IMG/VR virus record: IMGVR_UViG_3300023184_000027 | Location: 62,001-126,000 of that record | Reading direction: 5' to 3' (one strand) | Length of the DNA: 64,000 bases | Part shown: positions 1-8,579 of the stretch, in pieces | How positions within the stretch are numbered: position 1 is the first letter of the stretch | Layout: every line of letters begins with the position of its first letter | Made by a program: the position numbers and the translations under genes | The notes under the pieces: generated by a model | Seen by the model: only the letters and a program-made list of their open reading frames with translations | The model's database searches: none | What the model was told of the DNA's origin: nothing

Positions 1-3000
1 GAACCACTAGTCCCTGATGAACCATTCTCACCTGATGAACCACTTGTCCCACTAGACCCCGATGCTCCCGCAACCCCTGAAGTCCCTGAAGTCCCTGATG
101 AACCACTAGTTCCATTAGAACCTGAAGTCCCTGATGAACCACTAGTTCCACTAGAACCTGAAGTCCCTGATGTTCCACTAGAACCTGAAGTTCCCGATGT
201 TCCTGAAGAACCACTTGTTCCACTAGAACCTGATGTTCCTGAAGAACCGCTAGTACCTGACGTACCACTAGAGCCGCTAGTACCTGACGTACCACTAGAG
301 CCGCTAGTACCTGACGTACCACTAGAACCGCTAGCACCTGATGTTCCCGATGAACCACTTGTACCTGACGTTCCCGATGAACCGCTAGTTCCTGATGTTC
401 CTTTAGTTCCTGAAGACCCTGACGTACCACTTGAACCTGATGTACCGCTTGAACCCGATGTACCACTAGTCCCTGAAGAACCACTTGTCCCTGATGTTCC
501 TTTAGTTCCTGAAGAACCTGAAGTTCCTGAAGAACCTGAAGACCCAGCAGCACCTGAAGCACCATTAATATTTGTTGTCCAAGAGTTAAAATTTCCCGTT
601 CCCGTTACACTAGTCACTAAAACAGTTAAAGTACCATCACCAATATTGTAAGCTTGAACTGTCCCGATAAATGAACCAGAAGGATTTGCAATAATTAAAC
701 TCTGACCTACAGTATAAGACAATCCCGAATATGTTGTTAATAATTGAGGATTTCCAACCATTGAGGGTGATAAAGTTATAGGTGTTATTGATTGACCTAT
801 AATAGCTAAACTTGTTCCCGATGAACCGTCCCTACCTGAAGACCCCGATGTCCCACTAGAACCTGTTGCCCCTGACGAACCACTTGTTCCACTAGAACCT
901 GAAGTACCCGATGAACCACTCGCCCCACTAGAACCTGAAGACCCCGATGTCCCACTAGAACCTGTTGCCCCTGACGAACCACTTGTTCCACTAGAACCTG
1001 AAGTACCCGATGAACCACTCGCCCCACTAGAACCTGAAGTACCACTAGAACCACTAGTCCCTGATGTACCTGATGAACCACTAGTCCCTGATGTTCCACT
1101 TGACCCTGATGTTCCGCTTGACCCTGATGTTCCGCTTGACCCTGATGTTCCACTTGACCCTGATGTTCCACTTGACCCTGACGTTCCACTTGACCCTGAC
1201 GTTCCACTTGACCCTGACGTTCCACTTGACCCTGACGTTCCACTTGACCCTGACGTTCCACTAGTACCACTATTACCTGAAGAACCACTTGTTCCCGAAG
1301 AACCACTTGTTCCCGATGTTCCATTTGCTCCTGATGTCCCACTAGAACCGCTAGTTCCTGAAGAACCGCTAGTTCCTGAAGACCCTGACGTACCACTAGA
1401 ACCACTATTTCCTGAAGAACCACTTGTTCCTGAAGAACCACTTGTTCCTGATGTTCCACTTACCCCAGATGTTCCTGATGACCCTGAAGTTCCTGATGAA
1501 CCACTTGTTCCACTAGTTCCTGATGAACCACTTGTCCCACTAGTTCCTGATGAACCACTTGTCCCACTAGTCCCTGATGAACCACTAGTTCCTGACGTTC
1601 CTTTAGTTCCCGATGAACCACTTGTTCCACTAGAACCACTATTTCCACTTGTTCCTGATGAACCACTAGTCCCCGAAGAACCCGATGTTCCGCTAGACCC
1701 TGATATTCCTGATGTACCACTAGAACCTGATGTACCACTAGAACCTGACACCCCACTAGAACCTGATGTTCCTGAAGAACCTGATGTTCCACTAGAACCT
1801 TTATCACCAGCTCTAGCAAAACTCACTATTACCGTACCACCGGTTAAGTTTGAAGCACTACCATTAGATGAAACAGAAGTAACACCAATTTGTCCATAAC
1901 CATTTACTGTACTAGCACTAGTGATTTGATAATCACCATATATATTTGTTCCACCATAAGTTCGACTAATTCTTAAACCACCTTTTATTGTATTTGTACT
2001 AGCACTTAACGCATTTAACCAAGCGGTTGCATCAGCATTTTGACCATCAATTAAACTAACAGATAATATTGTTGTATTACCAAACCCCGAACCATTAAAG
2101 TACGTACCACCCGATGGTGGTAAACTTGGTCCAGTACTTAATGCTGTTAAAGTCCATTGTAAACTATCACCACCATAATTACCATCTCTACCTGATGTTC
2201 CCGGTAAACCACTTGAACCTGACGTTCCTGAAGAACCCGCCTCACCAGACGTTCCTGATGAACCTGTTGTTCCTGATGAACCTGTTGCTCCCGATGTTCC
2301 TGATGAACCCGAAGCCCCTGAACTACCACTTGTTCCTGATGTTCCATTTGCACCTGATGTTCCATTTGCACCTGATGTTCCATTTGCACCTGAAGCTCCC
2401 GAAGAACCACTTGTTCCCGACGCACCTGATGTACCTGAAGAACCACTAGTTCCACTATTTCCTGAAGAGCCTGATGTCCCTGATGTTCCTGAAGAACCTG
2501 ATGTTCCTGACGTACCACTAATCCCACTAGTTCCATTAGTTCCATTAATACCCGACGAACCACTAGTACCATTAATACCTGATGAACCACTAGTACCACT
2601 AGTTCCTGACGAACCACTAGTACCACTAATTCCCGATGAACCACTAGTTCCCGATGAACCACTAGTTCCCGATGAACCACTAGTTCCACTATTACCTGAC
2701 GAACCATTTGTTCCCGAAGAACCCGACGCGCCCGAAGAACCAGTCTCACCTGATGTACCTGACGCACCTGATGAACCTGAAGAACCCGACGCACCTGATG
2801 AACCAGCCCCACCTGATGAACCTGATGAACCCGACACACCTGACGTACCATTAACACCCGACGTACCATTAACACCAGCTGTTCCCGATGTACCGTTAAT
2901 AAATCCAGTAATTGAAACCGTACCTCCCGTTGAGTCGTATAGTTCTAATGTTGTTGCTGCAGAGAAATAAGTCCCTCCTGTAATATATGGAAATATTGCT

Positions 3001-3128
3001 AATACTTGACTTATTTCCGCCTTATACGATGAACCTTGGGGACTTTGTGTCGTATCATAAGGTTTAACAATATGTATTAAGTCATTAACAGTTACGCCAG
3101 TCGCTAAAAGTCTATCGGTTAATCTCAT
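1..3128 (-). CDS. Giant collagen-like (Gly-Thr/Ser-Ser) fibre protein, 3' end beyond the left window edge (>1040 aa)
   Basis: ATG at 3128 (MRLTDRLLATGVTVNDLIHIVKPYDTTQSPQGSSYKAE...). The same frame still reads G-E-N-G-S-S-G-T-S-G at positions 3-32. Three long GTSGSS tracts are separated by globular inserts at ~1800-2170 and ~560-810. Not in the ORF track because it has no stop in the window. Confidence 0.9.
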   Translation of the reverse strand, partial: MRLTDRLLATGVTVNDLIHIVKPYDTTQSPQGSSYKAEISQVLAIFPYITGGTYFSAATTLELYDSTGGTVSITGFINGTSGTAGVNGTSGVNGTSGVSGSSGSSGGAGSSGASGSSGSSGASGTSGETGSSGASGSSGTNGSSGNSGTSGSSGTSGSSGTSGSSGISGTSGSSGTSGTSGSSGINGTSGSSGINGTNGTSGISGTSGTSGSSGTSGTSGSSGNSGTSGSSGTSGASGTSGSSGASGANGTSGANGTSGANGTSGTSGSSGASGSSGTSGATGSSGTTGSSGTSGEAGSSGTSGSSGLPGTSGRDGNYGGDSLQWTLTALSTGPSLPPSGGTYFNGSGFGNTTILSVSLIDGQNADATAWLNALSASTNTIKGGLRISRTYGGTNIYGDYQITSASTVNGYGQIGVTSVSSNGSASNLTGGTVIVSFARAGDKGSSGTSGSSGTSGSSGVSGSSGTSGSSGTSGISGSSGTSGSSGTSGSSGTSGNSGSSGTSGSSGTKGTSGTSGSSGTSGTSGSSGTSGTSGSSGTSGTSGSSGTSGSSGTSGVSGTSGTSGSSGTSGSSGNSGSSGTSGSSGTSGSSGTSGSSGTSGANGTSGTSGSSGTSGSSGNSGTSGTSGSSGTSGSSGTSGSSGTSGSSGTSGSSGTSGSSGTSGSSGTSGSSGTSGSSGTSGTSGSSGTSGTSGSSGTSGSSGASGSSGTSGSSGTSGSSGATGSSGTSGSSGSSGASGSSGTSGSSGTSGSSGATGSSGTSGSSGRDGSSGTSLAIIGQSITPITLSPSMVGNPQLLTTYSGLSYTVGQSLIIANPSGSFIGTVQAYNIGDGTLTVLVTSVTGTGNFNSWTTNINGASGAAGSSGSSGTSGSSGTKGTSGTSGSSGTSGTSGSSGTSGSSGTSGSSGTKGTSGTSGSSGTSGTSGSSGTSGASGSSGTSGTSGSSGTSGTSGSSGTSGTSGSSGTSGSSGTSGSSGTSGTSGSSGTSGTSGSSGTSGSSGTSGSNGTSGSSGTSGTSGVAGASGSSGTSGSSGENGSSGTSG
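838..1035. repeat. 99-nt tandem duplication inside the collagen-like gene
   Basis: Unit starting gaagaccccgatgtcccactagaacctgttgcc occurs at 838 and 937; the copies look identical by eye. Confidence 0.85.
1087..1260. repeat. 18-nt tandem repeat cctga(t/c)gttcc(a/g)cttgac, 9 full copies plus a partial (encodes SGSSGT)
   Basis: Read directly from the sequence. Confidence 0.9.
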
Positions 3129-3160
3129 TTTTTAAATAATATTTATATGTGATAAATAGT

Positions 3161-3466
3161 TTAATTTTGGAAATCGTACAAGATATTATCCATAAATTCA
3201 AAATCTATCAAATCTTGAAATTGTTTAGTAGCAACTGTAACAACACAAGAATAGATTTTAAACACCGTACAACCATCCGAAGTAATTAATTTGATTCCTA
3301 CCGATGGCGCATTATCAAATTGTGGAGGTAAAAATATATTTACATACGGAGAGGGTAGTGAATTAATAACCGACACCAAAACACATTGATTTCCGTAGAT
3401 ATCACACGCGTAAACTGTGTATGGTGGATTTAACCCTGATATTGAATATATTGCAAGTGCTTTCAT
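3161..3466 (-). CDS. Small Cys-containing virion-associated protein, paralogue of 31799..32014
   Basis: Beta-rich ORF directly downstream of a fibre gene. It aligns by eye with 31799..32014 (three Cys conserved). Confidence 0.75.
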   Translation of the reverse strand: MKALAIYSISGLNPPYTVYACDIYGNQCVLVSVINSLPSPYVNIFLPPQFDNAPSVGIKLITSDGCTVFKIYSCVVTVATKQFQDLIDFEFMDNILYDFQN

Positions 3467-3469
3467 TTA

Positions 3470-5272
3470 TTAATCTTGTATTAATCTAACAGATAAACCA
3501 ACAGCTTTGGTACTATTATTAGTAGAGCTTCCATTATTGATAGAACCACTATTATAACTTATACCTTTACTATAAGCCTTTAAAGTATTGTATTCTGTTG
3601 ATGTCCACCATGAACCATTATTTTTAATGGAATAAAATATACCGTCATTATTTATGTAATTACGAACACCTCCAGGTAAAGCAGTAAAACCATAAAAATC
3701 GGTTGCACTGGTATTGGGTGTTGTCCAATGAGTTATACCCATTTCTTTTAATTTACCACCAGATAAAGAATATCCTCCAGAAGTGGTTATTAAAGTCTCC
3801 CATTCTGCTTTACTTGGAACATGATATCCTGATGGTGCCAACTGTTTTCTTTGACCCGCATCGGTTTTTGATGCTTCGTCCCAAATTCCCATCACAGCGT
3901 ACCAATTATATAACTTACCATATGTTGTACCAGTTGTTGGACTATTATTATAATAACACCAAGCACCTGTCGTTAATGTTGTCCACTCACTTGTTCCGGT
4001 TATTTGTGGAATTGGCGTTCCATCTGAGTAAGAGTCAACATTTAAATTACAAGCCACCCACCACTGAGCACCAATTTGAACATCTGATAATGTACAAAGA
4101 CCCGGACAAGATGATAAACTATTAAAATTAGTTATAGAGTCAACAACACCCAAAGTAACATGTACAACATATCTACCAAAAGTCCCATATCCTGGTGTTG
4201 GTGATAATCCAGTATCTAAAATAAAATTAGTTGTTCCAAGATATATCGCATTAGTAATACCATATAATTGAACCCCAATACCAATATTTACAAATGTTTT
4301 AAAAATATATCCATTTGGTTGCCCCCCTAAATTCACATAATACGTTTCCCAAATACATTTAGCCTCTTGATTTGTTAATGAATTAGTGAAATTATAAATT
4401 ATTGTTTGGTAAATAACTAATGTTGATAAATAAGTGGATATAGATGGTATTGCCGGTTTTGTAGATGAAGGCGTAGGTGTCATCGTCATTGTTGGAGTAA
4501 TTGTTGGAGTTATCGTATTTGTTGGTGTAGGTGTATTTGTTTGAGTTGGTGTTGGCGTTGGCGATGAAGGTATAGTACCTTCTGTTGGTGTCACCGTTGG
4601 CGTTATTGTAGGTGTCTGAGTATTAGTTGGTGTTATTGTAGGAGTTTGAGTCATTGTCGGAGTTTGAGTTGGTGTAGGAGTTCTCGTTACCTCAGCAGGG
4701 TCAATCAAAGTACATACCGTTATTGCCGTATAATCAAGCCAAAAATCCGTTGTTGTTGCCGTATATGACCCGGCAGGTAAATTCTCAATTGCCGGTGATA
4801 TACTACCTTTATTATTTACACCCCCATTCAACCACACAGTTTTATAAGGAGGTGTACCACCAGTTATTGTTAAAGACGCTTTACCATCAATAGCCCCATG
4901 ATATGATGGGTTTTTTGTATCATTTGGATTACAAGCAACACCCATTGGAAAAATGGTTATTACATTACATTCATTTGATAGGGTATAAGCTGTTATTGAT
5001 GGTGGTGGTGGAGGAAAACAACTAACGGAATCATCACTACCAATACAAGTAGTACAGTCCTCATAGTTTGTTAATGTCGCATTACTCCCAACATATATGT
5101 TTGAATTACTTGGGATAGGTCCAACAATCACATAACCACAAGCTCTAAACTCAGGCGTTATAACAGAATAAATCTCATTAAGATTAAGTGTATCACCAAC
5201 ATAATTACTTAACCCAAAATAATTATCTGAATTAGTCGTTTTGGTACAACAAGTTTGAAAATAATAAGTCAT
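3470..5272 (-). CDS. Fibre/adhesin-like protein: SprB-like repeat, Pro/Thr linker, C-terminal Fib_succ_major (FISUMP) domain
   Basis: GKASLTITGGTPPYKTVW is SprB-like; PTxT tract; IGAQWW-ACNLNV, YGKLYNWYAV, WHVPSKAEW-like segment, GFTALPGG, WWTST and GLSVRLIQD are typical of Fib_succ_major. Confidence 0.8.
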   Translation of the reverse strand: MTYYFQTCCTKTTNSDNYFGLSNYVGDTLNLNEIYSVITPEFRACGYVIVGPIPSNSNIYVGSNATLTNYEDCTTCIGSDDSVSCFPPPPPSITAYTLSNECNVITIFPMGVACNPNDTKNPSYHGAIDGKASLTITGGTPPYKTVWLNGGVNNKGSISPAIENLPAGSYTATTTDFWLDYTAITVCTLIDPAEVTRTPTPTQTPTMTQTPTITPTNTQTPTITPTVTPTEGTIPSSPTPTPTQTNTPTPTNTITPTITPTMTMTPTPSSTKPAIPSISTYLSTLVIYQTIIYNFTNSLTNQEAKCIWETYYVNLGGQPNGYIFKTFVNIGIGVQLYGITNAIYLGTTNFILDTGLSPTPGYGTFGRYVVHVTLGVVDSITNFNSLSSCPGLCTLSDVQIGAQWWVACNLNVDSYSDGTPIPQITGTSEWTTLTTGAWCYYNNSPTTGTTYGKLYNWYAVMGIWDEASKTDAGQRKQLAPSGYHVPSKAEWETLITTSGGYSLSGGKLKEMGITHWTTPNTSATDFYGFTALPGGVRNYINNDGIFYSIKNNGSWWTSTEYNTLKAYSKGISYNSGSINNGSSTNNSTKAVGLSVRLIQD

Positions 5273-5351
5273 TGTCTCTTTATATATAAATAATCGTTTA
5301 TTTGATTTTTAAATAAAAAGATACAAACAATTTTATTTTTATAAATGGAAC

Positions 5352-5378
5352 AAAAAACCCCTCTTTATAGGAGGGGTT
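5352..5378 (-). terminator. Intrinsic terminator
   Basis: Stem AACCCCTC/GAGGGGTT followed by a T-run on the minus strand, downstream of 5405..5830. Confidence 0.75.
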
Positions 5379-5404
5379 ATATTTTAATAAAAAATAATTA
5401 GACA

Positions 5405-5830
5405 CTATCTATTATGTTCTCTTTTTATTCTTCTCGCATTTTCAGCTTCTGAACCTGAACAACCCGTAGTTTCTTTTCCAAACCCCTTTGATTGACCATC
5501 GTAAATATCCGCATCAGGACCTGAACATCGTTTTTCCTCCATTTTCCAATAATCTTCTTTGGTTTTACCTGGATTAGCAGCAATCCAATTATCTATTCTT
5601 GCTTTTTGTTTTGCACGAATTGGAGCCAATCTAATCTCATTCTCTTGTTTTTGTTTTTCTCGAGCTTCTTGATATTTTCTAATACGTTCCGCATTTTTTT
5701 GTTGAGGTGTTAAAACTGTAGTGGTTGTCGGTGTAGACCCACTTGTTACGGGTGTAGCACCACTCGTCACAGGTGGTGTGGTTTGTTCAACCAAAAAATT
5801 ATACTGGGATTCATTAATTATTATTTTCAT
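5405..5830 (-). CDS. Hypothetical protein with MKIIINESQ...LVEQ N-terminus
   Basis: Clean ORF with an upstream TATTTAT motif and flanking terminators. Confidence 0.75.
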   Translation of the reverse strand: MKIIINESQYNFLVEQTTPPVTSGATPVTSGSTPTTTTVLTPQQKNAERIRKYQEAREKQKQENEIRLAPIRAKQKARIDNWIAANPGKTKEDYWKMEEKRCSGPDADIYDGQSKGFGKETTGCSGSEAENARRIKREHNR

Positions 5831-5851
5831 ATTAATAAATATCCCATAAAT

Positions 5852-5875
5852 AAAAAATCCCCAATCATGGGGATT
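5852..5875 (-). terminator. Intrinsic terminator
   Basis: Stem AATCCCCA/TGGGGATT plus a T-run on the minus strand after the glutaredoxin gene. Confidence 0.75.
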
Positions 5876-5879
5876 ATAT

Positions 5880-6164
5880 TTATTTTTTAAAATGTTCTTT
5901 GATTATCGCAATTCCTTCATCAATTTCATTGTAATCTCTTTCCGGTGCAAACAATAAAGTATTTGGTTTAACATCCGGAGATTCAACAATCATAAATGCC
6001 GGAACAAAATCGTTTTCTGTTATCTCCACAAACATATCATATTCGTCTTTGTGCTCATCAATATCTCTCTCAACAAAGAATATGTCGGACTCCACTAGTT
6101 TGTCCTTCATTTGGACGCAATAAGGGCATCCGTTCATTGTGAAAAGAATTAATAACTTATCCAT
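5880..6164 (-). CDS. Glutaredoxin-like thiol-disulfide oxidoreductase
   Basis: FTMNGCPYC active site and a cis-Pro motif (FVPAF). Confidence 0.8.
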   Translation of the reverse strand: MDKLLILFTMNGCPYCVQMKDKLVESDIFFVERDIDEHKDEYDMFVEITENDFVPAFMIVESPDVKPNTLLFAPERDYNEIDEGIAIIKEHFKK

Positions 6165-6480
6165 TTAGTAAATTATCAACTAACTCTTTTATTTGGGATT
6201 CCATTTGCATTCCCGGTTGAGAATAAACTTCTTTACCCTCTGAAAATGATTTTACAGTCGGTATAGCTCTAATACCCAATGACGCCGCAAATTCTTTATT
6301 CTCTTCAACATTCAATGTGAATAACTGAACATTTGAGTTTTCATTTCTAAATTCTTCCGACACTCGTTCAAAAGCAGGTTTCATTATTTTACAAGGACCA
6401 CACCACGGAGCCCAAAAGTCCACGATTAGTTTATCCCCATTGTTAATTTTTTCCTGTAATAATTCTTGTGTAATTTCCAT
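6157..6480 (-). CDS. trxA: Thioredoxin
   Basis: VDFWAPWCGPCK and GIRAIPT motifs. Confidence 0.95.
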   Translation of the reverse strand: MEITQELLQEKINNGDKLIVDFWAPWCGPCKIMKPAFERVSEEFRNENSNVQLFTLNVEENKEFAASLGIRAIPTVKSFSEGKEVYSQPGMQMESQIKELVDNLLNG

Positions 6481-6484
6481 AATT

Positions 6485-6808
6485 TTAATCTTTTTTTGTT
6501 AATCTTTTTAATTGTGATATCATATAATCCACCACATTTTTTTTATCCACCGTTGTTAAAATAAATATATCAGTTTCCATTCTTCTATAAATTAAAATTC
6601 CGGTTGAGTCATATTCATATAATCTACCTTGATGCAATGTCATATATTCATCATTCATCCAATCTTCATACCATAATAGATGGGATTTACTTAAAAATGT
6701 GTCCATATCTTTTGGTGATATTGGTGTAACTCGTAAGTCAATAATGCTCGGGTATAAACCAAACCTTTCCTTGAAGGTGTCTATACAATTTTGTGGTATT
6801 TCTTCCAT
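6485..6808 (-). CDS. Hypothetical protein
   Basis: ORF in an operon. The ATG at 6808 (MEEIPQ) is preferred because it avoids overlap with the upstream gene. Confidence 0.7.
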   Translation of the reverse strand: MEEIPQNCIDTFKERFGLYPSIIDLRVTPISPKDMDTFLSKSHLLWYEDWMNDEYMTLHQGRLYEYDSTGILIYRRMETDIFILTTVDKKNVVDYMISQLKRLTKKD

Positions 6809-6809
6809 A

Positions 6810-8531
6810 TTAAAAATCAAATAAGTTATCGTTGTTTTCTATCTCTACAGCCCAATTAGAATTATAAGAATTCATTTTATAAATTAAATCGTTCTCCCAC
6901 CCTAAATTATAAACTATTGGTGGTGTAGTACCGGAAATATGTAATCCTGTTCCCTCCGTTCTTTTATAATCTGAATGTATTTCTTTTCCCTTAACTTTAG
7001 CAATAATGCTCAAAGTATCAAATAATTTATCATCCACCAAATTTGAAATTCTATCGTCCAACACATTCAAAACTTTATCCCAACTAGCGTCCAACCATTT
7101 ATTATATCTACCTAAAGTTTGAACTCTATGTAAATTAAATTTTTTACCATTATGAGATATACGATACTCTATTGACGCTCTATCGCTAGAATCAATATTA
7201 TTTCTTCGTAATGAGATTAACAAAGAATGTGTTGTTTTTATATATGTCTTAACACAATTAGACTGAGATATTGATTCCGTATTATAATCTTTGGTGGTTT
7301 GTAATACAAGAGGTATATAACAATCATCCGGTTGAAGAATAACATTATTAACTCCTTCCACAAACTTATCATTATATATTCTTTTAAAATCCCCCGAATG
7401 ATAGTGAGAATGTTTTTCTGACCAATCAAAATGTTCCTCAATAAATTCAGTATGTGTGTTTGATTTCCATTTAACTGGTTCTTCAAATCTTTTTAACGAA
7501 TCATAAAATCTAAAATGGTCTCTATAAGTCGCACTACTAATTTCCCCATCAATAACTAACTTAAAAATTTCAAAAGAATTACTTTTTTCTTTATTATTTA
7601 AAAACTCACTATCAACACCAAGATAAAACCCCATTATGGGATTCTCCAACATTTTTTTAATTATATCGTCATTTTGAGAGGTTATATAATTTTTCCCAAA
7701 TAATTTACAAGCAAAATCATAAGTCTCAAAATTACAAGATTTAACGGTATGTAATATTCGTTTTAATTTATCACCACTAACATTATGGACATCCATAAAG
7801 GCGTCAATATATTTAAAATCTCTTTTCACCAAATCTTTTTTCTTTGGTTGAGGAAATACCATCATCAACTCAAACCAATTGTTTGGGAATTTAATACCCG
7901 AATTATCCAAATATCTTTTGTATATTCTCATATCGGGAGACATATCTAAATATTTTTCAGTACCGGGAATGGCATTTACAAATGAGTTAATAATTTCATT
8001 TATTTTTTCCGGAACATCCTCAATAATACCTTTAGCTAAATAACCATTTAGAATCTCTCTTAAACAAACTCTTATTTTATTTATTGGGTCAACATTAAAC
8101 ATACACCTTCTAACATTTTTTCTACATTTTGTTTTAAGATGATAATTAGTTAAGGAACCAGTGTATAATGAATTACTTTTAGAATTAAATGTTACGAATT
8201 GACATTTAGTAGCCACCCTGAACCACTTACCAGCAAGTCGTCGTCTTTTAGCATATTGGAAAATTTTAAATGATATTTTATCCTCATCGGTGGTAACACA
8301 GATTATTACTCTTTCAAATGATAAGGAACACAATGGGTTTGAGTAATTGTTTTTAAACTCATCTTCGGTGTTATGGGTGTCTTTATAGGTAAAACTACCC
8401 CAAGGAGTCATATTAGCATCATAATCATCAGAAAAAGGACACTCGGTCAACACCTGTTTTATAGGGTTAGAACTATGATATTCAATTGTTTGATGTTGTC
8501 TGATTGTGTAATTATATATCTCTTGACGCAT
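6810..8531 (-). CDS. Large hypothetical protein with a C-terminal PcfJ-like domain
   Basis: 573 aa. The C-terminal LQTTKDYNTESISQSNCVKTY...RASIEY...VQTLGRYN resembles the PcfJ-type E-G-x-x-M-x-H/N-C-V motif. Confidence 0.6.
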   Translation of the reverse strand: MRQEIYNYTIRQHQTIEYHSSNPIKQVLTECPFSDDYDANMTPWGSFTYKDTHNTEDEFKNNYSNPLCSLSFERVIICVTTDEDKISFKIFQYAKRRRLAGKWFRVATKCQFVTFNSKSNSLYTGSLTNYHLKTKCRKNVRRCMFNVDPINKIRVCLREILNGYLAKGIIEDVPEKINEIINSFVNAIPGTEKYLDMSPDMRIYKRYLDNSGIKFPNNWFELMMVFPQPKKKDLVKRDFKYIDAFMDVHNVSGDKLKRILHTVKSCNFETYDFACKLFGKNYITSQNDDIIKKMLENPIMGFYLGVDSEFLNNKEKSNSFEIFKLVIDGEISSATYRDHFRFYDSLKRFEEPVKWKSNTHTEFIEEHFDWSEKHSHYHSGDFKRIYNDKFVEGVNNVILQPDDCYIPLVLQTTKDYNTESISQSNCVKTYIKTTHSLLISLRRNNIDSSDRASIEYRISHNGKKFNLHRVQTLGRYNKWLDASWDKVLNVLDDRISNLVDDKLFDTLSIIAKVKGKEIHSDYKRTEGTGLHISGTTPPIVYNLGWENDLIYKMNSYNSNWAVEIENNDNLFDF

Positions 8532-8547
8532 AGGTGTCTATTTTTGT

Positions 8548-8579
8548 CAAAGATACAATAAATTTTGGGATAAAACAAA
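8548..8579 (-). promoter_or_regulatory. Bacteroidetes-type promoter TTTG-N20-TATCTTTG
   Basis: Minus strand TTTG (8579-8576), 20-nt spacer, TATCTTTG (8555-8548), 16 nt before the ATG at 8531. Confidence 0.8.

Noticed and set aside
1-1800. Repeat arrays as a possible CRISPR array
   Set aside because: No unique spacers; units are multiples of 9 nt and encode an in-frame Gly repeat.
806-2875. Track ORFs 806..1459, 1460..1819, 2147..2875 (-) and 2114..2449 (+)
   Set aside because: Alternative-frame shadows of the Gly-X-Y repeat gene; the repeats simply lack stops in those frames.
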